Shown: positions 1-9,404 of the stretch, piece after piece
How positions within the stretch are numbered: the first letter of the stretch is position 1
Layout of the letters: the number at the start of each line of letters is the position of its first letter
NCBI GenBank assembly: GCA_963663385.2
Contig: CAXXXD010000004.1
Coordinates: 576,001 to 640,000 of the forward strand
From: Oceanispirochaeta sp.
GTDB lineage: Bacteria > Spirochaetota > Spirochaetia > DSM-2461
Direction of reading: 5' to 3'
Length of the DNA stretch: 64,000 bases
Notes under the pieces: model-generated
Database searches by the model: none
What the model was told of the DNA's origin: nothing
Seen by the model: the letters and a program-made list of their open reading frames with translations, nothing else
Position numbers and translations under genes: made by a program

Positions 1-359
1 CACTCCTGCAGGCACTCCTTTCCTCTGAGTCCCTTAACAATGGCATCAAGGGCGCCGCAGCTGTTGCAGGAGGGGCAGTTCCCGCAGCCATTCATGTTTT
101 TATCCGCATTTATACAGCTCAGGATCTCTCCGGGACGCTGTCCCAGGAGTCTTTCATTCGCCATCCCCAGCATTTGAGACACAGCTCTGTTGCCGAATAT
201 CACCTGATGCCTATCATTGATTATAAGAAAATTCTGAGGCATCTGATCAATGACAGTTTTGAAGATATCTGCGCTCAGCACTTCTGAATTCTGTTCACGG
301 ATAAGTGTGCTGTCCGCTCTATCCGCTGGGGTGAGATTCGAATTTTCTGTACTGTTCAT
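1..359 (-). CDS. N-terminal part of a PAS-like sensor protein, probably a histidine kinase (runs off the window edge)
   Basis: Manual translation from ATG at 359: MNSTENSNLTPADRAD...IDQMPQNFLIINDRHQVIFGN...LGQRPGEILSCINADKNMNGCGNCPSCNSCGA. PAS-like start plus Cys-rich GxRPGE..C..GCG..C..C segment; open to position 1. Confidence 0.7.
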   Translation of the reverse strand, partial: MNSTENSNLTPADRADSTLIREQNSEVLSADIFKTVIDQMPQNFLIINDRHQVIFGNRAVSQMLGMANERLLGQRPGEILSCINADKNMNGCGNCPSCNSCGALDAIVKGLRGKECLQE

Positions 360-462
360 ACTATTAATTGTAATCAACTATTCGTTATAAAAACAAATTT
401 AATATTATTTCCTATGAGAATTGATTATTCTATGAATCCGCTGTTACTGAAAGATCGCTGGA

Positions 463-645
463 TCAGCTAAGAGAATGAATATACTGCTGTAATTCTTTTC
501 CATTAATCAGGTGTCTGTGGAGAGCTATTTGTCCAAACTTTCTGTGATCCCCGTGTTTCTGGAATTCCAGAACCTGTTGAACCCCCTTGTAGTCCATCAT
601 TCCTTCAACCATGAACCATTGGCCTGCCTTCTCCTTCATCTTCAT
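463..645 (-). CDS. small hypothetical protein, degenerate MshEN-like
   Basis: 60 aa; GGAGG immediately upstream of the first ATG and at usable spacing from the second in-frame ATG; two repeats resembling (R/K)xGxxxxxxGxx. Confidence 0.6.
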   Translation of the reverse strand: MKMKEKAGQWFMVEGMMDYKGVQQVLEFQKHGDHRKFGQIALHRHLINGKELQQYIHSLS

Positions 646-867
646 ACCTCCCGGATTATTGAGTACAGCATGCAGATTTTCCTACCTTTAATTATAATAC
701 AATTATCCTGGTCTGGCGATATTCAAGCGGGTTTCAGGGAGAAATGAGCTATTTGCAAAGTTTTTTAACTTTCAGGCTTCTATTCTCCGGAATCTTCATT
801 CTGCAGGTCTTGACGGGTATCCTGTTTTTCTGATTCTATGGTTCCACCTTTATATTAGAGAGTTGTA

Positions 868-1368
868 ATGAGCGATTTTGAAGACTTCTGGTCACTGTAT
901 AATCAATCTTTTCCGGAAGACGAACGGCGGGATCTGGAACTGCAGAGGGAAAAAATGTCCCACCCCGCTTTTCAGATCCGCCATTACAAGGATGAAAAAT
1001 TCTATAATGGTTTCATAAATACTTTTCATTTCCCCGACTTCATATTTGTAGACCATATTGCGGTGAATCCCGAACAGCGGGGTGCCGGGATCGGTTCTTT
1101 CATTATGAGGGAGCTGATCGATTCCACCTCTAAACCGATTGTACTGGAAGTGGAACGCCCCGTCAGTCAGGATGCGGTCCGCCGGATTGATTTCTACGAA
1201 AGTCTGGGATTCCATCTGAATGTGTTTGATTATATTCAGCCTCCCATCGACGAAGGCCGGAAACCGGTCCCCCTCTTTCTGATGAGCTATCCCGAAAGAC
1301 TTGATGCCGCCGCCTACGAGAAAGTCCGTCAGATTATCCACAGGAATGTCTATAATCAGGCTGTCTGA
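868..1368 (+). CDS. GNAT family N-acetyltransferase
   Basis: Acetyl-CoA motif AVNPEQRGAGIG, LEVE, RRIDFYESLGF. Confidence 0.9.
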   Translation: MSDFEDFWSLYNQSFPEDERRDLELQREKMSHPAFQIRHYKDEKFYNGFINTFHFPDFIFVDHIAVNPEQRGAGIGSFIMRELIDSTSKPIVLEVERPVSQDAVRRIDFYESLGFHLNVFDYIQPPIDEGRKPVPLFLMSYPERLDAAAYEKVRQIIHRNVYNQAV

Positions 1369-1516
1369 GTCAACTTTCTCCTAATCTATAACAAAAAGCC
1401 TGAAAATTCGGGTTACTCTCAAACGGTACGCCGTGGTATAAATATACATAAAATTTAACAAATTCTCTATTTGCCGGTTTGGCAGACTGAAATAGGAAAA
1501 GATTATAGGAGCTAAA

Positions 1517-3121
1517 ATGTCTGATATTGTCGTCCTTGGTGATGAAGCTGTAGCTCTTGGGGCCATCCACGGAGGCGTTTCCTCCTGTTACGGATACCCC
1601 GGGACTCCTTCAACGGAAATTATGGAATATATTCTCGAATACACGGAAAAGAACAGCGGTCCCTTTGCCAGATGGTCCAGTAATGAAAAAACGGCTTTAG
1701 AAGAAGCTCTCGGAACTTCCTTTGCGGGGAAGCGTGCCATTGTTACTATGAAACATGTAGGACTGAACGTTGCTGCAGACGCATTCATGAATGGAGCTCT
1801 TCTGGATATCAAGGGCGGGCTGGTTCTGGTTGTCGCAGACGACCCGGGTATGCACTCTTCCCAGAACGAACAGGACACCCGTTACTATGCGGATTTTGCC
1901 AAAGTGATCTGTCTGGAACCGGTCAACCAGCAGCAGGCTTACGATATGACAAGAGAGGCTTTTGATCTATCCGAGAAATTCCATGTTCCGGTGATCCTTC
2001 GTCTGGTAACACGTCTCTCCCATTCAAGAGCATCCATTGTCACCAGGGCTCCCAAAGCGGAAAATGCCCTGGAAAAGGCTCAGAACAGAATGGACTGGAT
2101 GCTACTGCCCGCTAATGCAAGAAGACGCTGGGACAGCCTCCTTACCCGCCAGGATGAAATGCTGGCCTATTCGGAAAACACCGGTGTGAATTCCCTGGTT
2201 CTGAATGAGAAAAATACTGAACGGGCTGTTATTACAACGGGTCTCGGGTATAACTACTATAAGGAAAACGCAGAAGAACTGGAGGATAATCCCTCCCATC
2301 TGCATATTGGAGTCTATCCGATACCTGTCGGGAAAATCCGTAAGCTGGCGGAACATGTCAGAGAGATTATTATTCTGGAGGAAGGGTATCCTTTTGTAGA
2401 GCGTTTCCTTCGGGGTATCCTGCCGTTAAACCTTTCCCTTAAAGGGAAGATGGACGAAACAGTTCCCCGTCAGGGAGAGCTGAGCCCCGATAATGTCCGT
2501 CCGGCGTTGGGACTGCCTGCCAGAAGCGGCTCTGTCAGTTCCATGGAGCTGCCCGGACGTCCTCCCCAGCTTTGTAAAGGCTGTCCCCACGACGATACCT
2601 ATCGTGTTATCAAGGAAGTGCAGGCTGAGCTGGAGGAGAGTACGGTTACATCCGATATCGGTTGTTATGCCCTGGGTGCTCTGCCGCCCCTGAGTGTCCC
2701 GGAAACCATAATCTGCATGGGCGCCTCCATCACAGCCGCCAAGGGGGCTTCGGAAGCCGGACTGAATAATGTGATGGCTGTTATCGGAGACAGCACATTT
2801 TTACATTCCGGCCTGACGGGTCTGGTCGATTGTGTAGCCTGTGATACGGATGTTACCATTATCATCGTGGATAACGAAACGACTGCCATGACCGGCGGAC
2901 AGACCACAATTCTGCCTTCGTCCCGTCTGGAAGGTATTGTAAGGGGGATCGGTGTGGATGAAGCCCACCTTGTAACTATCCCGGCTCACAGAAAGTTTCA
3001 TGAAGAGAATAAGGAAAAACTGCGGAAGGAACTGGCCTATAAGGGGGTCTCAGTCATTATTGCCGTCCGCGAGTGTATTGAAACGGCCCGTAAGGCAAAG
3101 AAAAAGGAGAGCGCATCATGA
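1517..3121 (+). CDS. iorA: indolepyruvate ferredoxin oxidoreductase alpha subunit
   Basis: GYPGTPSTEI, NEKTALE, MKHVGLNVAAD, DDPGMHSSQNEQD, RPPQLCKGCPH, TPP motif IGDSTFLHSG...DNETTAMTGGQ; RBS AGGAG. Confidence 0.95.
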   Translation: MSDIVVLGDEAVALGAIHGGVSSCYGYPGTPSTEIMEYILEYTEKNSGPFARWSSNEKTALEEALGTSFAGKRAIVTMKHVGLNVAADAFMNGALLDIKGGLVLVVADDPGMHSSQNEQDTRYYADFAKVICLEPVNQQQAYDMTREAFDLSEKFHVPVILRLVTRLSHSRASIVTRAPKAENALEKAQNRMDWMLLPANARRRWDSLLTRQDEMLAYSENTGVNSLVLNEKNTERAVITTGLGYNYYKENAEELEDNPSHLHIGVYPIPVGKIRKLAEHVREIIILEEGYPFVERFLRGILPLNLSLKGKMDETVPRQGELSPDNVRPALGLPARSGSVSSMELPGRPPQLCKGCPHDDTYRVIKEVQAELEESTVTSDIGCYALGALPPLSVPETIICMGASITAAKGASEAGLNNVMAVIGDSTFLHSGLTGLVDCVACDTDVTIIIVDNETTAMTGGQTTILPSSRLEGIVRGIGVDEAHLVTIPAHRKFHEENKEKLRKELAYKGVSVIIAVRECIETARKAKKKESAS

Positions 3122-3687
3122 AATATGACATCATTCTTTCCGGTGTAGGAGGGCAGGGGGTTCTCTCTCTGGCTGCTGTTGTTGCAACTGCAGCCGCCGA
3201 AGCGGGGTATAATGTCCGTCAGTCCGAAGTTCACGGAATGGCTCAGAGGGGTGGAGCCGTAATGGCTCATATGCGGATTTCCGATGGGGAAATCTATTCG
3301 GATCTGATTGCTCAGGGTACTGCCGATATGATTCTCAGTATGGAACCTCTGGAAAGTCTGCGTTATCTGTCCTGGCTGTCTCCTGACGGAATCCTTATCA
3401 CTTCTGACGGCCCTGTCGTGAATATCCCGAACTATCCCGAACTGGAAGAGGTATATAACACAGTAAAAGCCCAGCCTTCTGCCTATCTTGTTAATGATGG
3501 AGAACTGGCAAAGGAAGCAGGTTCTTCCAAAGCCGGGAATATGATTATTGTGGGCGCCGCCTCCCGCCATCTGCCCTTCGGCATGGAGGATTTAAAAAAA
3601 GCGGTCTCCCGGCTGTTCTCCCGTAAGGGTGATGAGATTGTTCAGATAAACTACAAAGCGCTGGAGCTGGGGAGTCAGGTATCATGA
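3118..3687 (+). CDS. iorB: indolepyruvate ferredoxin oxidoreductase beta subunit
   Basis: GVGGQG, SEVHGMAQRGGAV; ATGA overlap with iorA. Confidence 0.95.
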   Translation: MKYDIILSGVGGQGVLSLAAVVATAAAEAGYNVRQSEVHGMAQRGGAVMAHMRISDGEIYSDLIAQGTADMILSMEPLESLRYLSWLSPDGILITSDGPVVNIPNYPELEEVYNTVKAQPSAYLVNDGELAKEAGSSKAGNMIIVGAASRHLPFGMEDLKKAVSRLFSRKGDEIVQINYKALELGSQVS

Positions 3688-5000
3688 TCCATGATCTCTA
3701 TGAAGATAGGGAAGTGGAAAGACTGGACCGGGAAGCCTTAAAGGCGCTCCAGCTGCTGCGGCTGAAAAAAACAGTCGCAACGGCCCTTACCACTCCTTTT
3801 TACAAACACAGGCTGGGAGATGTCGGTATAAAATCGGCCGAAGATATCCGGACCCTGGATGATATACAGAGAATTCCCTATACCACCAAGGATGATCTGC
3901 GGGAAGCCTATCCCTATGGCCTTCTGTCGGTTGAGCTGGATGATGTGGTTCGCATGCACGCCTCCAGCGGTACAACCGGCACTCCTACCGTTATTTATCA
4001 TACACAGAACGATCTGGATAACTGGACCAATATGACCGTCCGTTCCCTCCGGGCCACCGGCTGTCACAAGGGCGACGTATTTCAGAATATGATGACATAC
4101 GGTCTTTTTACCGGCGGTATCGGCCTGCATTACGGCGCGGAAAAGCTGGGAATGCTGGTTATACCCGCTTCCAGCGGGAACACAAAGAGACAGTTCCAGC
4201 TGATGAAGGACTTTAAAACTACCACGGTTCATGCCACTCCCAGTTATATGCTCCATCTGTATACCCGGATGGAGGAGCTGGGGTACTCCCTGAAGGATTT
4301 TAATCTGAAAAGGGCTTTGATCGGTGCTGAGCCTCACTCCGAAGAGGTTCGTCAGAAAATTGAAGAGCTCTTTGGAATCGATGCCTATAACTCCTACGGC
4401 CTTTCTGAAATGAACGGTCCGAGCGTGGCCTTCGAGTGCACCGAAAAAAAGGGTATGCATATCTGGGAAGATGCCTATTATGTGGAAACCATTGACCGCA
4501 GCACCCTGGAACCTGTATCGGACGGGATTGAGGGGGAGCTGGTTCTGACCATTCTGATAAGAACGGGAACACCCATTCTGCGGTACAGAACCAAAGACCT
4601 TACAACGGTCATTCCCGAACCCTGTGCCTGCGGCAGAACAAGCCGGAGGATAACAAGGATCAAAGGCCGGACCGATGATATGCTGATAATCAACGGAGTC
4701 AATGTCTTCCCTTCCCAGATTGAAGAGGTGATCATGAAGATGCCGGGGATTGGAACCAACTACCTGATCAAGGTTAAGAAAGAGGGGACTCTGGACAAGT
4801 TGACGGTTCATACCGAAGTAGGGGCCGAGCTTTTTACAGACGATGCCAGAGACCTGTATGCCCTGAAATCCAGGATTAAAGAGGAAATGAAGGCTCTTAT
4901 AACCATAAATCCCGGAGTGGAACTGCATGAACCGGGATTCCTTCCGGTTCAGCAGGGAAAGGCAATACGGGTTGAAGATGAACGAGGAGGTGTATTTTGA
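3684..5000 (+). CDS. paaK: phenylacetate--CoA ligase family protein (copy 1)
   Basis: [52 protein letters not shown]. Confidence 0.93.
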   Translation: MIHDLYEDREVERLDREALKALQLLRLKKTVATALTTPFYKHRLGDVGIKSAEDIRTLDDIQRIPYTTKDDLREAYPYGLLSVELDDVVRMHASSGTTGTPTVIYHTQNDLDNWTNMTVRSLRATGCHKGDVFQNMMTYGLFTGGIGLHYGAEKLGMLVIPASSGNTKRQFQLMKDFKTTTVHATPSYMLHLYTRMEELGYSLKDFNLKRALIGAEPHSEEVRQKIEELFGIDAYNSYGLSEMNGPSVAFECTEKKGMHIWEDAYYVETIDRSTLEPVSDGIEGELVLTILIRTGTPILRYRTKDLTTVIPEPCACGRTSRRITRIKGRTDDMLIINGVNVFPSQIEEVIMKMPGIGTNYLIKVKKEGTLDKLTVHTEVGAELFTDDARDLYALKSRIKEEMKALITINPGVELHEPGFLPVQQGKAIRVEDERGGVF

Positions 5001-6298
5001 TTTGGAATCCAAAAGCGGAATGCGACAACCGGGAGGACCGGAAAATTCAGCAGTTGTACAGCCTGAAAAAACTTGTGCGCCACGTATATGAAACCATTCC
5101 CTTCTATAAAAGGAAATTCGACGAGGCGGGGGTGAAACCGGATGATATCCAGTCTATGGCGGATATCGCCAAACTGCCTTTTACCACAAAGGATGAACTG
5201 CGGGATACCTATCCTTACGGACTTCTGGCGGTAGATGAAAAGGAAATTGTGGAAATCCATACATCCTCCGGGACAACGGGAACCCCCGTTCTGGCCGCCT
5301 ATACGAAAAACGATATGGAAATGTGGTCGGAAGTAATGGCCCGCTGTCTCTGCATGGCCGGAGGAACTCCCGACGATGTTGTGCAGAACGGTTATGGATA
5401 CGGTATGTTCACCGGCGGTCTGGGGGTTCATTACGGTTCTCACAAACTGGGCTGTCATACCATCCCCGTTTCTTCGGGCAATACAAAGCGTCAGCTTATG
5501 ATGATGCGGGATTTCAAATCCACTATTCTAACCTGTACGCCCTCCTACTCCCTCTTTATGGCTGAAACAGCCAGGGAAATGGGAATTGATTTCAAGGATC
5601 TGTCCCTGAAAGCGGGAATTTTCGGAGCCGAACCCTGGAGTGATAATATGCGGAAGGAGATTGAGGATAAACTGAATCTTCAGGCTTATGATATCTACGG
5701 ACTTACCGAAATAGTCGGCCCGGGAGTTTCCAGCGAGTGTGAAGCCCACAATGGTCTGCACGTAAATGAGGATCACTTTTATCCCGAAATAATCAATCCT
5801 GAAACAGGAGAAGTCCTGCCGGAGGGTGAGAAAGGCGAGCTGGTTTTTACAACTATAACACGGGAGGGCACTCCCATTATCCGGTATAGAACCCGGGATA
5901 TCACCTGGCTCTGGCATGATGACTGCCCCTGCGGCAGAACAACCGTTAAGATGCACCGTCTCCTCGGTCGAACCGATGATATGATGATTCTCCGTGGCGT
6001 CAATGTTTTTCCCAGTCAGATTGAAAATGTTCTGATGCGGATTGAAGAAACGGAGCCCCACTATCAAATCGTTATAGACCGCGGCGAATCCCATCTGGAT
6101 GAAGTGGAACTGCAGGTGGAGGTGGAGCCCAGTTTCTTCGGGGATGAAACAAAATCACTGGAACGGATCAAAAACAAGATCAGTTCGGAGATTAAGCAGG
6201 AGCTGGGAATCAGTATGAAGATCAAGCTGGTAGAACCCAAATCCATTGCCCGGTCGGAAGGTAAAGCCAAGCGGGTTATTGACAAACGGAAACTTTAA
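4997..6298 (+). CDS. paaK: phenylacetate--CoA ligase family protein (copy 2)
   Basis: [57 protein letters not shown] start overlapping upstream stop, RBS GAGGAGG. Confidence 0.93.
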   Translation: MIWNPKAECDNREDRKIQQLYSLKKLVRHVYETIPFYKRKFDEAGVKPDDIQSMADIAKLPFTTKDELRDTYPYGLLAVDEKEIVEIHTSSGTTGTPVLAAYTKNDMEMWSEVMARCLCMAGGTPDDVVQNGYGYGMFTGGLGVHYGSHKLGCHTIPVSSGNTKRQLMMMRDFKSTILTCTPSYSLFMAETAREMGIDFKDLSLKAGIFGAEPWSDNMRKEIEDKLNLQAYDIYGLTEIVGPGVSSECEAHNGLHVNEDHFYPEIINPETGEVLPEGEKGELVFTTITREGTPIIRYRTRDITWLWHDDCPCGRTTVKMHRLLGRTDDMMILRGVNVFPSQIENVLMRIEETEPHYQIVIDRGESHLDEVELQVEVEPSFFGDETKSLERIKNKISSEIKQELGISMKIKLVEPKSIARSEGKAKRVIDKRKL

Positions 6299-6313
6299 AA
6301 ATCGGAGACAATC

Positions 6314-6730
6314 ATGAAAGTAAAACAGATTTCAGTCTTTCTGGAAAATAAAAACGGACGTCTGGCAGAGGTCACCCGCATCCTGTCTGAGGGAAATATC
6401 AGTCTGCGGGCCATGACCATTGCAGATACAGCGGATTTTGGAATCCTCAGGATTATTTCAGAACAGCCCGACAGGACTCTGCAGCTCCTGCAGGAGAATA
6501 ACCTCACTGCACGGGTTACGGAAGTGATCGGGGTTCGTCTGGGTGATAAACCGGGCGCTCTTCATGAGGTGATGGAAATTTTTGAAAAGAACCAGGTCAA
6601 TATCGAGTACCTCTACTCTACATTGATGGTTCAGGATGATCAGGTTGTTATCATGTTCAAGGTTGAGGATATCGACCATGGACTGGAGATCATAAAAAAC
6701 AACGGGATGGAGGCTATCACCGCGTTTTGA
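6314..6730 (+). CDS. ACT domain-containing (amino acid-binding) protein
   Basis: KQISVFLENKNGRL...IADTADFGILR...DKPGAL...NIEYLY; typical paaK/ior neighbour. Confidence 0.92.
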   Translation: MKVKQISVFLENKNGRLAEVTRILSEGNISLRAMTIADTADFGILRIISEQPDRTLQLLQENNLTARVTEVIGVRLGDKPGALHEVMEIFEKNQVNIEYLYSTLMVQDDQVVIMFKVEDIDHGLEIIKNNGMEAITAF

Positions 6731-7173
6731 ATACCTACACATCTGTCCGCTCGGAGCACCTGAACCATCACGGTTACCTTTTCGGAGGGCAGATGCTCTT
6801 CTGGGTGGATGAATTCGCCTGGCTGACTGCTTCCCGGGATTTTCCGGGGTACAGGCTGGTCACCAGGGGAATGGATAGAATCAGTTTCGAGCAGTCCGTT
6901 GTCAACGGGTCCATCCTCCGCTTTCACATCCTGCCTGTTAAAAAGGGTTCCAGCAGTGTGCGCTATCAGGTGGATGTTTATGCGGATGAGCCGGGGGCTG
7001 TAAAAGAAAAGCTTGTCTTCTCAACGGTTGTCACTTTTGTCAGTATTGCCTGCAAAGGGGAGAAAACGCTTCTCCCCTCCCGGGATGTCCTTCGCTCCCA
7101 GATTGAGGACTTTGACCAGACACCCTATCCGGGGGAGGGCGGCGGTCCGGCCGGAGTACGGAAAGATTCCTGA
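6727..7173 (+). CDS. acyl-CoA thioesterase (hotdog fold)
   Basis: HLNHHGYLFGGQMLFWVDE motif; TTG start overlapping upstream stop. Confidence 0.88.
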   Translation: MNTYTSVRSEHLNHHGYLFGGQMLFWVDEFAWLTASRDFPGYRLVTRGMDRISFEQSVVNGSILRFHILPVKKGSSSVRYQVDVYADEPGAVKEKLVFSTVVTFVSIACKGEKTLLPSRDVLRSQIEDFDQTPYPGEGGGPAGVRKDS

Positions 7174-7268
7174 TTTTTCCCCCGGAAAGTACAAAAACTC
7201 TAAAAATAGTCTTATCTTTATATATTGAAATGAGAATATAATTCCTATTACCAGCACAGGAGATAAGC

Positions 7269-7586
7269 ATGACAAAGACAGTTATTGATGCAGGGATCTG
7301 CGGTTTTAAAACGGCTGTTAAAGCTGTAAGTGAAGACGGACAGAATGTTACATTGGAGATCGAATCTGATTGCCCCGATATCCGGAGAATGAGTGAATCC
7401 CTGGAGCAGATAGATGCCTATTCCGCCGTGTTCGGGAAAATGACTGAATCCCCCGTATACAAACTGGGTGCAGAGTACTGTTCCCATGCGGCCTGTCCCG
7501 TTCCCATGGGAATCATCAAGACACTGGAAGCGGCCTGTTCCCTTGCTTTGCCCAGGGATGTCAGTGTCAGTATTGAAAACGATTGA
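7269..7586 (+). CDS. conserved small Cys-containing protein (DUF6951-like)
   Basis: GICGF...ESDCP...CSHAACPVP...LALPRDVS pattern; RBS GGAG. Confidence 0.75.
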   Translation: MTKTVIDAGICGFKTAVKAVSEDGQNVTLEIESDCPDIRRMSESLEQIDAYSAVFGKMTESPVYKLGAEYCSHAACPVPMGIIKTLEAACSLALPRDVSVSIEND

Positions 7587-7632
7587 TGCTCTTCGAATTG
7601 CCAGACCACTATTCATAGGCTATACTCCCGGT

Positions 7633-8595
7633 ATGAACCGATACCGGATTGTAATTACTGATAACCTCTTTGATGAGTGCGCTGTGGAGGAGGAAATCTT
7701 TTCCGAAGACCGTTTTATCCTGGAGTCCTACAGGCATCTTACTCAGGAAGAGCTTAAGGATGTTGCCCGGGAGGCGGATGCCCTCCTTGTTAATATGGCT
7801 AAAATAGACAGGCCTCTGATCGAATCTCTGGAAAAGTGCCGGATTATCTCCCGCTACGGGATCGGCTATGACAATGTGGATGTGAAAGCCGCGGCAGAGA
7901 AGGGAATCCCTGTGGGGATTGTTCCGGATTACTGCCATACCGAAGTGGCGGAACATGCCGCCGCCCTCCTGCTCAGCGCCGCCCGCCGTGTTCCGCAGAG
8001 GCATGGACTTGTACGCAAAGGTCATTGGCGGGATTCTCCGGGACATACCATTCATCGGATAAAGGGATCAACTCTGGGGATTTTCGGATACGGCCATACA
8101 GGAAAGGCTTTCCACAAGCAGGTTTCGGGGTTTGGATTTGACCGGGTATTAATCTGTTCACGGAATCTGACGCCCGGAACAGCACTGGAAAATGGCGCTC
8201 AGGCCGTCTCTCTGGAAACACTCTTATGTGAATCGGATTACCTCTCCCTTCATATTCCCCTGAATGATAATACCAGGCAGATCCTGAATGAGAAAAAACT
8301 CATGTCCATGAAATCCGGCAGTGTTCTGATTAATACGGCCCGCGGGGGAGTCCTCTGTGAAAAAGGGCTTTACAACGCTTTGACCAGGGGACCTCTCCGG
8401 GCGGCGGCTCTGGATGTCTTTGACAGGGAACCGCCGGATCCGGACAACCCCCTTCTGACCCTGGATAATGTGGTTCTAACCGATCACGAGGCCTATTTCA
8501 GCGAACAGTCGGTTCTGGATTTGAAGCGTAAAACCGCAATGAATGCCTATTCGATGCTGACGACAGGAAAGGCGGTTTATTCAGTTCCTGTCTGA
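7633..8595 (+). CDS. D-isomer-specific 2-hydroxyacid dehydrogenase (SerA/CtBP-like)
   Basis: RYGIGYDNVD, GIFGYGHTG, INTARGG, ALDVF, catalytic-His region TDHEA; start moved to MNRYRIVITD. Confidence 0.9.
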   Translation: MNRYRIVITDNLFDECAVEEEIFSEDRFILESYRHLTQEELKDVAREADALLVNMAKIDRPLIESLEKCRIISRYGIGYDNVDVKAAAEKGIPVGIVPDYCHTEVAEHAAALLLSAARRVPQRHGLVRKGHWRDSPGHTIHRIKGSTLGIFGYGHTGKAFHKQVSGFGFDRVLICSRNLTPGTALENGAQAVSLETLLCESDYLSLHIPLNDNTRQILNEKKLMSMKSGSVLINTARGGVLCEKGLYNALTRGPLRAAALDVFDREPPDPDNPLLTLDNVVLTDHEAYFSEQSVLDLKRKTAMNAYSMLTTGKAVYSVPV

Positions 8596-8597
8596 AA

Positions 8598-9290
8598 TCA
8601 ACCCGGAATATAGAGGATGGATACATCCTCTCCCGAGGCGGTCCGGGTCTTCTGAAAGTTAAGCGGGTCAGTCAGCGGTTCTCCGTCTATCAGAAAATAA
8701 TAGCCGTAGCGGCCCGGTTTGATAGGAAGTGTTACAGAATAAATCCCCGGTTGTTCTTCTTTCAGGCTTGTCATATAGGGATCCCATCGATTGAAATCAC
8801 CGGCCAGGTAAACCTGTTTACCCGGGGTGGAACGGATATGGAATTTTACTCTTGAATTGTCCATAAAAATGGGACTCAGTTTCCCGGATCGATCCGGAGC
8901 GTCAATCTCCAATTGAGACAGACGCAGCCCGTTCCGGTCCATTACTACCAGAGGGTTATTGGGATCCACCTCCCAGATCCCGTCCACAACCAATCTGTAG
9001 TTCATGATCTCTTGTGTTGGAACAGGTAGTATCAGAAAGTATATTCCGTGGTTATTTACCATGAATGTATGGATCTGCTGGTAGTCCTCGATGGACAGGG
9101 CCGCTCCGACATATCGGACCGGTTTATCCGGTTTATAGGTAAGGATAAGGTAATCCCGCCAGAACTCCGGAGCGGAGGCTTTTTCCAGGCCTGTTATTTT
9201 CAGGTGAAGTTGAACATCGTTTACTTCAAATGCCGCTAAAGTCAGTGAGGATAATAGTATGACTGATAGAATGAGAACGTTTTTTTTCAT
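8598..9290 (-). CDS. exported glycogen-binding (CBM48/AMPK-CBM-like, 'early set') domain protein
   Basis: Signal peptide MKKNVLILSVILLSSLTLAA; two CBM48-like repeats (YRLVVDGIWEVDPNNP; VYLAGDFNRWDP...YYFLIDGEPLTDPLN). Confidence 0.8.
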   Translation of the reverse strand: MKKNVLILSVILLSSLTLAAFEVNDVQLHLKITGLEKASAPEFWRDYLILTYKPDKPVRYVGAALSIEDYQQIHTFMVNNHGIYFLILPVPTQEIMNYRLVVDGIWEVDPNNPLVVMDRNGLRLSQLEIDAPDRSGKLSPIFMDNSRVKFHIRSTPGKQVYLAGDFNRWDPYMTSLKEEQPGIYSVTLPIKPGRYGYYFLIDGEPLTDPLNFQKTRTASGEDVSILYIPG

Positions 9291-9404
9291 ATTATGTTCC
9301 TGTATTCCTATTTTCGGAATTCCCGGGGGGTAAGTTGATAGGCGAGGGAAAAAACTTTTGCTATCTTGTATTTCTGCCGAAAATTAGATGAAGATGAGAG
9401 AAAT

